DNA of 64,000 nt from Eledone cirrhosa (taxonomy: Eukaryota): positions 368,156,001 through 368,220,000 of the forward strand of contig OZ024741.1 of assembly GCA_964016885.1 (NCBI GenBank), written 5' to 3'. Positions within the stretch are counted from its first letter, which is position 1. Each line of letters opens with the position of its first letter. The translations under genes were made by a program, and so were the position numbers. The notes beneath the pieces were generated by a model, which was not told the origin of the DNA, did no database searches, and worked only from the letters and a program-made list of their open reading frames with translations. Shown here piece after piece: positions 41,301 through 53,130 of the stretch.

Positions 41301-44300
41301 ATTATAAATGTGTTTAGAGAACTGTTACCTGTAAGGTAAAAAACAATAGGAATGTTTAAAGAAATACTGACTCTAGTGTATATTAACACCAACTTTACAG
41401 CCAAATGACAAAGATGTATTAACTATTAACACCAGCATTATATCCAGATGACAATGATGTATTGACACCAACATTACAACTAGATGACACCAGCATTATA
41501 TTCTGATGACAAAGATATATTAACTATTAATACAATGTATAATATATTAATATACTACATTCAAATGAAAAGTGGTCGTATAGGTGTCACAACAAAAAGC
41601 ACCCAGTCCACACTATAAAGTGGTCGTATAGGAGTCACAACAAAAAGCACCCAGCCCATACTGTAAAATGTTCATGATGGTGACATGACAAAACCACCCA
41701 GTACACACCGTAAATATGGTTGGCATTAGGAATGATATCCAGCTGTAGAAACCAAGCCAAAATCAGTTCTATATGAACGTGACATGGCCACCTGACCTGG
41801 CATTACTCACAACGTGACAACTCGTCTAACTCATGCTAGCGTGGAAAAATGGACATTAAACGGTGATGATGATGATGATAATATTTTTCTTAGAGAATTC
41901 CTTGTTTTCAGCACTTACCAAATCCAGTTCAGTTTCAGCATATTTATTCATCCTTTTCTTCTGTTTATAGACAATATTGTCAGAAAACTTTGCATGATTG
42001 CCAAGAAGTATATATTCTTCATCATTGGTTGGTGTTCCTTCATTGTAATCACCAGGGACCTTTCCATTTACAGAAGTTTTATCAATATTTTCCATTTGTA
42101 TCTGAGGAAAATAAAACCAATAGAACAGAAATGAAATCAAATGTTAATCACTCATTGACTACTATATCCATGTTGATATAGGTTGAACAGATCATTACAG
42201 ACCAAGTCAGCATTCAATAGGGGCTATTGTCCTACAACACAAGCTGCGAAACCATGTCTCATTTGTATAAGTTCCAATTTTGGCATGGTTTCTATGGCCA
42301 GGTGCATTTCATACATTATGAATATGTTTATAAAATGTTTTTTTCTTTGCTTCTATTCAAAGTTATACTTACAATACAACAACGACATAATAATAATAAT
42401 AAACACTACGAAATACCAACAGAAAAAAACCTATTACAAACATATATCAGAAGAGGTGTCAGAGTGTGCACTTGGTAATGCAGTTTGGCCATTCAGCTTC
42501 TACTACAGAACTAGTTGGCCATTCACATATTGTTGTTTATATTACATGCATATGAGTATATGAATGTTGTCCTTTATATTGCATGCATGAGATAATATAA
42601 ATGTTGTCTCATATATTACATGCATAAGATAATATTGCATGCACAGGAGAATAAAAACAAAAACCAAAAGGCTTACCAAACATTTGACATTATCAGAGTT
42701 TAGATAATAATGCCAACACACCCTTGGATGGTAAATTGTATTAACTGAAAATCTGATATTGCTTCCAAGAAGTATGTATTCATCACTTACATGTGGATCG
42801 CAGGACTCATCATCTGCACATTTCTGGTTTTCACTAGTTTCATTCTATTTTAATAAATAAATATAAAATGCATCAATCATGCTCAGAATATATTACAAAA
42901 TTTTGTATAAACAAACTCCAGAGGTGATAAAATGAGTCTCACAAAAGTGCAAAGGTATAATGACTGGCGTGATAACAACAAAAGTGTTTAGTGAATTGTT
43001 AACTTTTAGGTGAAACCTATGTGTTTAGAGAACTGCTAGTAAAGATGTATAGAGAACTGTTAATTCTAGGGTGATAACAATATACATGTTTAGAGAGCTG
43101 TTAACCATGCAGTAAAAACAATATAAGTGTTTAGAGAACTATTGACTCTAAGGTGAAAACAGTATAGGTGTTGAGAAAACTGTTAATCATGTGGTAAAAC
43201 AATGTTTTATTTTTATAAAATTCTTATTCTTAGGGTGTAAACAGTATAAGTGTTTAGAGAATTATTAACTCTAAGGTGAAAACAATATAGGTGTTTAGAA
43301 AACTATTAGGTATAAGGTAAAAACAACAAAGGTAGTTTGAAGAACTATTAGATATAGAGTGAAAAGAACATAGGTGTTTATAATAATAATAATAATAATA
43401 ATGAAATTATTGTGTAAAGTGCTCAGGTGCACTACAACTCGTCAATATAGTACATAGAATAATACACAAATGTCAGGGAAGTACATGTGTGTATGTGTTA
43501 GCTGTTCTGTTGGCGGATCTCGGGAAGCATGGAGGCCTTAAAGGATGCAGTGTCTCGACAGCTAACAACTGATGCAGGTAGTTTGTTCCATGCTTCAGCA
43601 ACTCTGAGCGTGAAAAAATGTTTCCGAAAGTTATGGGAACTGTGCTGTTTTCTTACTTTGTGGGCATGTCCACGTGTGTTAGACACATGGAAATCGAAAA
43701 GGTACTCAGGGTTGTTGTTGGCAACATGGTTAACAATTTTGTGGGTGTTTACCAAGTCAGTTGCCAGGCGTCGGAGCTTCAATGAATCCATGCCCAGGGA
43801 AGCAAGGCGCTCAGAGTATGGTAGATGCCTGATGGAGGGTATTCGCTTGGTTGCACGTCTCTGAACAGTTTCCAGGCGGTCAATGTCCTGAGCAAGATAG
43901 GGGTTCCAGACTGGTGATGCAAATTCTAAGTGTGGTCGCACCATAGCTGTATACAGCCTCAAATAGATATCTGGAGAGCGGCTGACAAAGGTCTTGCTGA
44001 GTGATGCTAAGACACCCTCGGCCCTCTTGACAATTTTAGAGACGTGCCTCGTCCAACGCAAATCGCTGCTGACCGTAATGCCCAGGTCACGTTCACAGGA
44101 AGACTTCTTGGTATTAGTGCTGTGGAGGGAGTATGTGGACGCTGGGTTTTTACTCCCAAAATGCAAAATTGTCCACAGCTAGCTTGAGTTGCCAGTCTGA
44201 GATCCACTGTTGCATTGTGTCCAGGTCAGACTGCAAGCAAGATCTATAGTGTTCAGGATCTGTCCTTTTTATCTCAAGGTACAGCTTGATGTCGTCTGCG

Positions 44301-47300
44301 TACTTTAGTACTGTGGCATTCCTTAAGTTGGCATCTATGTCATTAATATATGCCACAAACAAAAGGGGGCCAAGAACAGATCCCTGTGGTACACCAGATG
44401 ACATCTCATATGGTGAGGAATGCTATCCCAGAACCGTGACTACCTCTCTTCGACTGAGAATGAAGGACTTCAACCAGTTAAAAAGATCATCATTATACAG
44501 AGGTGGATGCAATACAGGTGATTAAAGAGTAGACAAGTGAGGGAGGAGGATCTGAAGGGAGGTGGCATCTGATCAGTCAGCTCTGATTACTAAGTATTAA
44601 CATTTAATTTTACTAATGATATTTATTATTAGTAAAAACAAAGATAAAAACTTTAACCTTTTCATAAGCTCAATTCTAATGAAAAACACCATATATGTGA
44701 AAGATTTTAAAATAACTATTAACATCTTAAAACAAACAGTTTTGTATCAGAACCAGAGGTGGTTTCAGTTAGAGTTTGGTATAAAAAGGGTTAAAATAAG
44801 CAATACCTTTTTTATTTTAAAATGTCTTTTCGGTTTATAGCAGATATTTCCTTGAAACTTTTCATTTCTTCCCAGCAGTATATAGTCATCATTGGAGCTG
44901 GGTGTTTTTACTGAGAAATCACTCGATAAACAAGTAAGAGGACCATCAAGTCTCTTCTTTCTCTGCAGAGATGGTTCAAACAATACACCTCCTACAAATA
45001 GAACAATGTTCAAATTAAACCTTCATTTAAATATATAAATGATTTCTACTTTAAGCACAAGTTCAGCGAATAGGGGGATGGGAAAGGTCAATTAAATTAA
45101 CCCCTGTTTTGGACTGATATCTTATTTTATCAACCTTGTAAAGATGAAAGGCAAAGTTGACCTCAGCAGGATTTGAACTCAGAACATAAAGAGCTGGAAA
45201 ATGCTGCATCAAAATATCAAACATTTCCATAAATTGAGAAATTTTTTTAAAAGTGTGGTGTTTTTTGTATTTTATATTTTGCTAAAGTATAGGCACTGGC
45301 ATAATCATGATCTGATTTTGGATTCAATCCCACGATGGAGGCACATAGTTTAGTGTTTAGAGCATTGGCCTTGCAATCGAAAGGTTGTGAGTTCAATTCT
45401 CAGACCAGGTGATGTGTTGTGTCCTTGAGCAAGATACTTTATTTCACATTGCTCCAGTTTACTCAGCTGTAGAAATGAGATGATAGGACTGGGTTCCCTA
45501 TTATTCCACTGCAAAGTGATTGTGGAGGTGCCACAGCAAAAAAAGCACCCAGCCCACACTGTAAAGTGGACGTGTAGGCGCCACGGAAAAAAAAGCACCC
45601 AGCACTCACTGTAAATGAGGTTGTGTTAGGAAGGGCATCCAGCTGTAGAAATCAAGCCAGAATCAGTTCCCGTCCCACCCTTGCAAGCAGGGAAAAGCTG
45701 GCGTAAAATGATGATGATGATGATGATGATGATGATCTCACTGCATGGCCCTTTAGGCAAATGTTTTCTACTAGAGACTTTGGTTAACAAATGCTTGTGA
45801 GGGAAATTTGGAAGAAGGAAACTTTAGAGTAGCCCATATACTAACCAGCTACACCTATGCTTTAGCCCCTGCCTATCTCTCCATCATGCCCCACCGCCAC
45901 CAGTGACCACATCCCTTACAGCACTACATCCCCAGACACTAATCAGTCATCCCTAACCATATTCACAAACACCTATAACTTAATACTTATCTCCCTCCTC
46001 TATTGCCTCCTTCCCAGAGTGGAGAAGACTACAGTTTGGTCTATGACCAACAACTTCTCTAGTGATGGTGCCATTAAAATGCACCCAATACACTCTGTAT
46101 GGTCGGTCGGTGACAGGAAGGGTACCTCGCTGTAGAGACCATGCCTAAAAGGATTGAGAAGACCCTTCAGCTGTGTCAAAGACACAACAACCTCTCTAGT
46201 GTTGGTGATCTACATAATAAACACACCCAGTACATGCTGTAAAGTAGTTGGTGATAGGAAGGGCACCCATCCATAGAATGCTTGCCAAACAAAGGGTTGG
46301 AAGGATCCTTTAGTTATGTTAAGGACATAAGACCCTCCCTAGTACTGTTGATCTACACAATAAAAGCACCTAGTATATACTGTAAAGTGTTTGGTGTTAG
46401 GAAGGGCATCCAGCTTTAGAAAGCTTTCCAAACAAGGGATTAGGAGGATCTTTCAGTTTGTGTCAAAAGACACAACGATTTCTCCTCTGCCCTCGATAAT
46501 GTCCATACGTAAGAAGGATACAGACCTCCTCTGCCTGTTTAGGACATCAGTGGCCTCACTTCAGTACTGACTTCATCTATGTAGACCCATCCAACCCTTG
46601 CTAGCAGGGAAAGCGGATATTAAATGATGATGATGATGATGATATGTGGAAATATAATCTGATGTCTTTGTTTTAATTCCTACGCAACTATACTTCATTG
46701 ATAAATTACTATAAAATGATTCTTACGACTATGAATTTGTACTATCTACATTGAGTGCTAAATGTGGCTTATACACAGGTTATTCCTATGGTATAAATAA
46801 CTCCCACCTGAACTTTAAACAAGAAATATATATATATATATCATCATCATCGTTTAACGTCTATCTTCCACGCTAGCATGGGTTAGACTATATATATATC
46901 GAGGATGTACAACCACAAGAACTCGTTCAAGGTCAGGAACAAGAGACACTCCACTAGACTGGCGGACCTAATATGGGGACTCAAAGACAGTGGCACGATG
47001 TTTGACCTCAGCTGGAGTATCATCCAGCGCGCAAATGCGTACTTGGCTGGAGAGAAGAGGTGCAGATTGTGCCTATCCAAGACTATGGAGATAGTAAAAC
47101 TAAAGGGTGACGCAGTCAACCTCAAATCTGAAATCATCATAGCCGGCAGACACCAACATAAATGCACACTCTCCGCTTTAGTGATACCGGATGGGTCTAA
47201 CACAGGCCCTACCAGTACGACGATGCCAGTTGGGGCCCATGCAGCGGACCACAACATGCGACAGCATACCCATGAATGCTCAGCAGAACAAGCTGAAATC

Positions 47301-50300
47301 AACGGCAGATCCAACGATACCTACCTCATTACGTACCTTGGATAACACCATCCCACGAACATGGGGACGCCGACTCAATATAAGTCTGATTTTGTTTACA
47401 ACCTTATCTGTGATTTTAATTTTAATTTTTAATTTTTGATTTTTGATGTTTAATTTGCAACTTTAATGTTGGACTTAAGGTTAATGTTGGCGTTAATTCT
47501 AACTCTGCCTGCCGTTGCTATATGCATGCCTACAACACAAGCTGTTGGTATATTCTATTTATGCATCCATTCCATGTACATTTCATATATACTATTATCA
47601 AAAGGATATTCTACACATTCCCGATATATATATCTTGTTTGTGTATACCTAGACGGTCCCCAGTGTCCACCTGTCATGAAATCTGTCTCATGTGCATAGC
47701 TGATGTGCAGGTTCTTACCCAGTCCCTTTGATCATCAGTCCTTCTGTATCTTATATAACCCTATGCATCACAGTCTTTAAGTATTTTATGTAACTTTATG
47801 CACATCCCAATAATATCCTGGTGGCTTGAACAGACACCTCCTTTGCATCTTTTTCATGTATACATTCTTTTTCAAGTATTTTATTTTATTTTATGTATGT
47901 ACATTCATATATGTTGACTCTTTTCTTATTACCCACTCTACTACCCTAAGTATCGAGTACTCTGGTGCGTTATGGTCCACCTGATTCCTTGCCATACTTC
48001 CTTCGTTATATATATATATATTATATATATTTCACAAGTGTACAATACCCAATACTAACAAAAATCATCAAAAGTAATTTTTTAAACCATTAAAAAATAC
48101 AGAATTTCAATATTTTATGTTATTTAGCACCAGGTTAGTCCTGATCATACTACCTGAGGATTAAATTTTTTCCTTAAGCACACATTATCCAATGTGTCCT
48201 TTTTTTCCTAATATAGTAGAGTGGGATTTGTTGGAATTTAGCTGCTATTTCTAACAGGTTGGGTGATTACATTTTTTAATTAAAAAGAGAAGCAGAAACA
48301 GCAGAGTATTATTATAGGTTGAGTTAACATCCCACTATGATTGACACCCACTTTTATTTCTTTAGAGATTAAAAACAAAACAAAACCAAAGTTACCAGTT
48401 ATATACTGAGGTCAATTCACTTACTCAAGCACTCCATGAAAAAAAAGTATGTTAATGTGTTCATCTATATTTAACATACAAATAGAATGTGTGGAGTTAC
48501 TTTAAGAATACAGAAGAGAAAAGTGTTGAAAAACACGTTTTTGCTTGTGTAATCTTGTTATAACCTGTTACAGAATATTTAATATCTATTATTATTCATG
48601 AAAAGCACCGTTGTTGAAGGCAGTGGAATGGTAAAATCAGTATAGCATAGAACAAAATGTTTAATAGCATTGATTCCAGCACTTAATATTCTGAGTTCGA
48701 AATCTGCCGATGTCAACTTTGTCTGTCATCCTTCTAGAGTCGATAAAATAAAACAGCAGTCAATTACTGACGTATATTTAATCAACTTTCTTCTCTGCCA
48801 AAAATTGCTGGCCTTCGGCATAAATTAGATATCTTTATTAACACTATTGTTAGGGTGGTGGACTGGCAGAATAGTCAAGGCATCAGACAAAATTTTGTAT
48901 GGTATTTGTTCCAGCTCTTTACATTCTGAGTTAAAATCCCTCCAAGGTCGTGTTACCCATTCATCCTTCCAAGATCAATAAAATAATATACCAGTTAAGT
49001 ACTGGAGTTGATGTAATTTCTAAAAAAATTGACTAACACCTCTTCCCAAATTGTTGGTCTTGTGCCCATGTTAAAAACAATTATTAGCACTTGTGTGGTT
49101 TTGGAGAAATGTATTTATGGTTTATACATGGAAAGCTTAGCCTTTTCAACAAACTGATTCTGGCCATGGAGAAGGACAGTTCTAATAAAGCGGATATCAA
49201 ACTAGAAATACAAAATCTGATTACAAATATAGGAAAAAAAGAATTAAAATGAATTTGTGACATAAAATGCAATGGTCTTGCTGAAAAAACTTGAAGAAAA
49301 TGGTGAAAGCATCGAAAAAGTAAAGAAAAAGTTAAAAAGCTTTTATCGAAGATGTCCCTCATAACTAGACTTTGGAAAGAGAACTTTGAACAGGCAGTTT
49401 TGCTCATTGCAAAGAAAAACATATATTAGTAAAAAAATCTTAATTTTGAAGTCTACCATCATCGTCGTTTTAACGTACGCTTTCCCTGTTAGCAAGGGTT
49501 GGATAGGTCCATAGACCAAGTCAGTACTGAAGCAGAGCCATTGATCTCTCTGGCAGGCCAGGGACCTGTGCTTCGCTTATGTAGTCTTACGTTCCACCAA
49601 ATGATCAGGAGAGGTTGTCATGCCTTTTACACAACTAAGGGTCTTCTCAACCCTTTGTTTGGCAAAATCTCTATGGCTGGATGCCCTTCCTATCACCAAC
49701 CACTTTACAGCATGTACTGGGTGCATTTATCGTGCAAATCACCAACATTAGGTAGGTTGTCATGTCTTGGACATGACTAGAGAGTCCTCCTAACCTTTTA
49801 TCTGGGGAGTTTTATACAGCTTGATGCCCTTCCTATCACAGTACAGCATGTACTGGGTGCATTTATCTCGTGTAGATCACCAACACTAAGGAGGCTGTTA
49901 TGTCCATTACATGACTGAAGGGTCCTCCCAACCCTTTGTTTGTATGCTTGGCATGCTCTCCGTGGCTGAAAGCCCTTCTTATTACCAACCACTTCATGGG
50001 AAAATATCTTGCCTGACCTTCCAAGAGCATCTAATGTGGGTTGCTGGAAAGCTCAAGACCAGGATTAATATCATCCGTAAGTTAGCAGGAAACAGCTGGG
50101 AGTCTGTCTGATGCACACACACACTCTGAACTGCATGTTTAACACTTACTCAGGTGCAGAGTACAATTCACCAGTCTGGGCAGGGAGCTGCTATGCCATG
50201 CAAGTTGACACCATCCTCAACTCAGCAATGAGAATAATATCTGGCACACTGAAATCTACACCTACTCGGTGGCTGCCTACCCTTTCTCACACAGGCTCCT

Positions 50301-52918
50301 TCTCACATGCGGCATCAGGAGATGATCCGTGAGGCAGCACTTTTTACCAAGTCCAAGCCAGGCCTTCCCATCCACGAAGACTTGGAAAACCTTCCCAACA
50401 TGCGCTTGAAATCATGTAAACCATTCTGGGAATCAATTAAGGCCCTTCAAAACAATAACTTTGATCTGAAGGAAGAATGGCAAAGATCATGGAATGAGTT
50501 TAAATTTGCCAACCAAAACCTTGTCCAGGACCCCACATCTAAACTAGCCGGCTTTGATCTTCCTAGAAAGCAATGGGTGTCACTAAACTGGATCCATACA
50601 TATGCCAAGACAGCCCATCATTTCTATCGATGGAAAATGAAAGACAGTGAATGTGACCAGACAGTGCTTCATGACGTTTTCCCGGCAGCCTGGGGGCAAT
50701 CCATAATACTACAAATGACGCCTTAGTTTTGCTCACCAGCCTTGATCTGTCTGTCTAACCATTATACACATGTTATACGACAAGAAGAAGTGAAAAATCT
50801 GAAAGTACTCATAATTGTTTCTACTTTTGGCACAAGGCCAGCAATTACCCAGTGTATTAAATGAAATAAAACATTACTTGACAATAAAAACATGTTTAGT
50901 TTATTTTAAAATGCTACTGTTTTACTTGATATTTTATATGCGTCCTGCCAGGTAAAGAATTGCTGTATTAAAATACTAACATTATAACCTGGGTATATAA
51001 TAAAACAAAAAAAATAATAATAATTGTTTCTACTTTTGGCACAAGACCAGCAATTATCCCAGTGTATTACTGGTACTTTATTTTATCGATCCAGTAAGGA
51101 TAAAAGGCAAAGTTCCTCGGCGGGATTTGTGATATGAAGTTACATAATAAAATTCTATGTTAAGATGCTTGATTCTCGATTCCACTTAATAACCTTCTCT
51201 CTCTTGTCACTCAGGTCATTGCAGTATTTCATTTTACATAGATTTAAATCAATTACAATAATTTTTTTTCAGATTTTATTTGGAAAATGTTTACAATTAC
51301 ACCGGTTTCGTTTTTAACGTAAAATTTGTTTCACCTGTGTTTTTTTTTATGAGGTTTTGAACGAAGCCGACCTTCAAAGCCGTCGGAATGTATTCGTTTT
51401 CTTTTTATTTAGCGGGGAGGGGGGATATCTCGGAGTTCTCGGGTTCGGAGGTGAAATTTATGTTTTTCCTAGTTTTTAACGTGTTTTAAACCTTCAAAAC
51501 TGTCGAAATTGATTAGTTTTGCAATTAACTCGGGGAAGCGGTATGATCGTGCCTTCTTATAATGATATATTTCTTTATTAGCCACAAGGGCGCACAAGAA
51601 AAGGGGACAATACAAAGACATGCCGGGGATTTTACATACAGTCGTGTAAAAAATATAAAAACAAACAATTACAACAATCGAAATCCCCAATAGGGGGGGG
51701 GGGGGTTATAATGATAGCTAAGAAACACGACATTTTTGTCAACATTTATTTTTCTTTGGATATCAACCGTTTTAGAGGTCCAAGGGGATCGATGCTGGAA
51801 TCTTAGCATTGTTCTATATGTAGCTCTACATTCATGTACTTTTAATCTATATTAAGCTGCTTGAGAGCAGGTATTGGTAACTCCAAACGTTCTCTAATCT
51901 GGAGTCCCTAGTTGCTTAAATCTGACCCTTGTTATAACTGCACCGACCTCAACATAAGTGTAAGGCTGTGTGGTTAAGAAGTTCACTTAGCAACTACAGG
52001 TTTTGAGGATCCATCTCACAGCACGGCACCTTGGACAAGTGTCAACTACTATTACCTCCATGAAATATTTTTTTTACCAACACGAAATAGGAAGGCTCGA
52101 TGAAAAACTTTCCGTGTTTACGGTTAGCCTACTATAAATAGATTAACAATATTAGTGAACGGAACTACAGAATAATAAAGTGTAATAGTCTCGTCTTCAT
52201 TTTCAAATAAATGTAATAAAGATTCACTTTGAGGGAGATGCATTAAATCGCAATTATACCGATGGAGCCTCTATATGGTCGCAGGGATTGCTAGAAACAG
52301 TAACAGATCTCACTGAAACCACACCCTACTATCTTTAAATAAACAGGATAAGATGGTTTGCTCGATTGGGACAGACCTAGGGTTAAACAACAACATCAAC
52401 ATTACTACATAATTATTACATATCTGCGTTAAGGTGGTTGCTATTTTACGTAGCTGAAACGAAAGACACCTCGAAATTTCAACTTCCTGATTGACATTTT
52501 TTTAAATAATTTAATAAGTAAAAACAACTACCCGTAAATTAGTCACATAATATGAAATACGAACAAGATAACCTATAATTTAAGCAGAAATAACTTTTAA
52601 GAGATAGTGAGTGCTCTCGTTCATATAATAATACAAAATTACACTATAGCCGTTTATCGCGATATTTAAAATTTAAGTACTTATCTATCAGGAATGTCTT
52701 GTGCAATTATTACAGGTACCGGCAGAAATAGGATACTTAGATAGAACTAGAAATAGGGAGGGATATATGCTAACTAAACATCCAGATTGTAATTGAAAAA
52801 GTTCTATATATTTTGTTTTAGATATCTTTCTTATATTTGAATCTATTAAGAAAAACAATTAATGAATACATACAATAAACGTGTTACTATTACCTTGGGT
52901 TTTACCGGTATCCTTCAT
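20228..52918 (-). CDS. MDM1: MDM1-like (nuclear protein MDM1 / centriolar microtubule-binding) gene, ~19 exons, ~946 aa; first exon tentative
   Basis: Phase-consistent GT/AG exons: 52894-52918 (tentative), 44807-44991, 42791-42844, 41919-42101, 40862-40915, 40129-40311, 38572-38694, 36706-36783, 34773-34865, 33535-33666, 31846-32241, 31095-31119, 29054-29093, 28431-28518, 26017-26240, 24722-25326, 24534-24598, 21977-22142, 20228-20349. Motifs resembling MDM1: EPSLQRKKR, three SEYQxNF repeats, WYKQVLELREKAAEYRQRAFDSHF, and C-terminal DVLERTRSRMNFW. Confidence 0.82.
21977..22142 (-). CDS. MDM1: MDM1-like exon
   Basis: gtttcag|...|gtaagt, open frame SCDSMFTK...RENN, phase 0->1. Confidence 0.75.
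23314..23835 (-). repeat. two adjacent copies of the abundant RTE-tailed SINE-like repeat
   Basis: CATCATCATCGTTTAACGTC...CATGGGTT...GGATGCCCTTCCTAAC; many other copies across the window. Confidence 0.75.
24534..24598 (-). CDS. MDM1: MDM1-like exon
   Basis: ttccag|...|gtaagt, RQLELVSKVSERFQKPKQYSK, phase 1->0. Confidence 0.72.
24722..25326 (-). CDS. MDM1: MDM1-like large acidic/low-complexity exon
   Basis: 605-nt open frame inside ORF 24708..25424, bounded by tttcag| and |gtaagt, phase 2->1. Confidence 0.82.
26017..26240 (-). CDS. MDM1: MDM1-like exon with conserved WY..V.ELREKA..YR.R motif
   Basis: DWYKQVLELREKAAEYRQRAFDSHFCSKHM; donor gtgagt. Confidence 0.88.
27950..28360 (-). mobile_element. 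RTE-clade LINE fragment
   Basis: IEIVDTFCYLGDKIS and ELRERLSIRGI...RRLHWY motifs, with frameshifts. Confidence 0.7.
28431..28518 (-). CDS. MDM1: MDM1-like exon with SEYQKNF repeat
   Basis: AFMSEYQKNFSSPSSFAYVNNSWVCDNAQ, phase 2->0. Confidence 0.82.
29054..29093 (-). CDS. MDM1: MDM1-like micro-exon (40 nt)
   Basis: ctacag|...|gtgagt; phase 1->2 bridges its neighbours. Confidence 0.7.
31095..31119 (-). CDS. MDM1: MDM1-like micro-exon (25 nt)
   Basis: ctacag|ATCAAAAGATCCAAAAGTTTTGAAG|gtaagt (IKRSKSFE), phase 0->1. Confidence 0.7.
31565..31790. repeat. degenerate (ATG/GTG/ATA)n trinucleotide microsatellite
   Basis: Direct inspection; it creates spurious Met-rich and Ile-rich ORFs. Confidence 0.9.
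31846..32241 (-). CDS. MDM1: MDM1-like exon with SEYQSNF repeat
   Basis: 396-nt open frame KLIQAGS...KKSEYQSNF...RARTKYG; donor gttggt is less certain. Confidence 0.75.
32700..33265 (+). mobile_element. RTE-clade LINE reverse transcriptase fragment
   Basis: NYRGIKL, QFGFVPGRSTIDAFF, AFIDLEK.FDR and ADDLV remnants with stops. Confidence 0.7.
33535..33666 (-). CDS. MDM1: MDM1-like exon with SEYQKNF repeat
   Basis: ttaccag|KLLSLLYKSGL...RISEYQKNFTLKKP...|gtaaca. Confidence 0.8.
34773..34865 (-). CDS. MDM1: MDM1-like exon
   Basis: 93-nt phase 0->0 exon IDEVVNPEK...SEQ|gttagt. Confidence 0.68.
34970..35235 (+). mobile_element. RTE-clade LINE 3' fragment
   Basis: MLRWMC...RRLQWYGHV...GRGRPK motif. 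Confidence 0.75.
36706..36783 (-). CDS. MDM1: MDM1-like exon
   Basis: 78-nt phase 0->0 exon PINELTDK...TKVE|gtaatt. Confidence 0.68.
38572..38694 (-). CDS. MDM1: MDM1-like exon
   Basis: 123-nt phase 0->0 exon EIEDQYP...TNDK|gtatgg. Confidence 0.7.
39728..40090. repeat. 36/45-bp minisatellite, about 9 units
   Basis: Unit GTATTGACACCAACATTACATCCAGATGACAAAGAT with an optional 9-bp insert. Confidence 0.9.
40129..40311 (-). CDS. MDM1: MDM1-like duplicated 183-nt exon (copy 2)
   Basis: cctcag|IQMENID...YILLGNHAKF...ELDL|gtaagt. Confidence 0.72.
40862..40915 (-). CDS. MDM1: MDM1-like duplicated 54-nt exon (copy 2)
   Basis: NEIGETQKCADDESCDPH|gtaagt. Confidence 0.68.
40982..41189. mobile_element. 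piggyBac-type MITE
   Basis: TTAA|CCCTTTAGCATTTA...TAAATGCTAAAGGG|TTAA; relatives at ~14250, ~30914 and ~32302. Confidence 0.8.
41919..42101 (-). CDS. MDM1: MDM1-like duplicated 183-nt exon (copy 1)
   Basis: cctcag|IQMENIDK...YILLGNHAKF...ELDL|gtaagt. Confidence 0.72.
42791..42844 (-). CDS. MDM1: MDM1-like duplicated 54-nt exon (copy 1)
   Basis: NETSENQKCADDESCDPH|gtaagt. Confidence 0.68.
42980..43378. repeat. degenerate ~41-bp minisatellite
   Basis: Recurrent AGGTGAAAACAATATAGGTGTTTAGAGAACTATTAACTCTA. Confidence 0.75.
43378..44470 (-). mobile_element. CR1-clade LINE, 5'-truncated
   Basis: GVPQGSVLGPLLF..YIND..YADD and VRPHLEFASPVWNPY; (TTA)n tail at 43378-43402; one frameshift. Confidence 0.85.
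44807..44991 (-). CDS. MDM1: MDM1-like N-terminal exon (EPSLQRKKR)
   Basis: ttgtag|GGVLFEPSLQRKKRL...YILLGRNEKF...KIKK|gtattg, phase 1->0. Confidence 0.75.
46890..48015 (+). mobile_element. Penelope-like element fragment (GIY-YIG C-terminal region plus 3' region)
   Basis: YNHKNSF..STRLADLIW.LK...W.I...C.LCL...N.KSE pattern; its 3' ~90 bp recurs at 62970-63060. Confidence 0.65.
50000..50790 (+). mobile_element. Vingi/Ingi-like LINE 3' fragment
   Basis: RINIIRKLAG.SW, AEY..PVW, LNSAMRIISG...TP..WLP and GFDLPRKQW..LN motifs, with frameshifts. Confidence 0.7.
51568..51705 (-). mobile_element. 5'-truncated Tx1-type LINE 3' end
   Basis: Similar to the 3' UTRs at 53490 and 53741; flanked by 11-bp TSD TTATAATGATA. 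Confidence 0.7.
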
Positions 52919-53075
52919 AACTAAAGAGAAATCATGCAGTGGTAATCAATAAGTAAATATATATTATATATAAATATATAGAATGACAATATTAACAAAA
53001 AAACAACAAAAAATGGAATTCTTGTCAAAACTTGAATGAACAACAACAACTAAAGCAAAAGCGTCCACAGTTACG

Positions 53076-53086
53076 GCGCATGCGCA
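53076..53086 (-). promoter_or_regulatory. NRF1/EWG-type palindrome GCGCATGCGCA, likely promoter of the MDM1-like gene
   Basis: Exact consensus in a small CpG-containing patch ~160 bp upstream of the candidate first exon. Confidence 0.55.
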
Positions 53087-53130
53087 TGGCACCAGCCGAT
53101 CCGCTATTTGAACTTATATTTGTATTTTGT

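Noticed and set aside
45345-45480. tRNA-like sequence (also 21786-21900 and 51960-52050)
   Set aside because: A/B boxes run into a TCCTTGAGCAAG-type SINE core with no acceptor stem: SINE heads, not tRNA genes.
47690-47745. Possible hammerhead ribozyme in the Penelope-like element (CTGATGA on minus)
   Set aside because: No GAAA with proper stems II and III could be built by eye.
49125-49400. Degenerate transposase-like reading frame on +
   Set aside because: Too many stops and no termini; hAT-like identity cannot be supported without a search.
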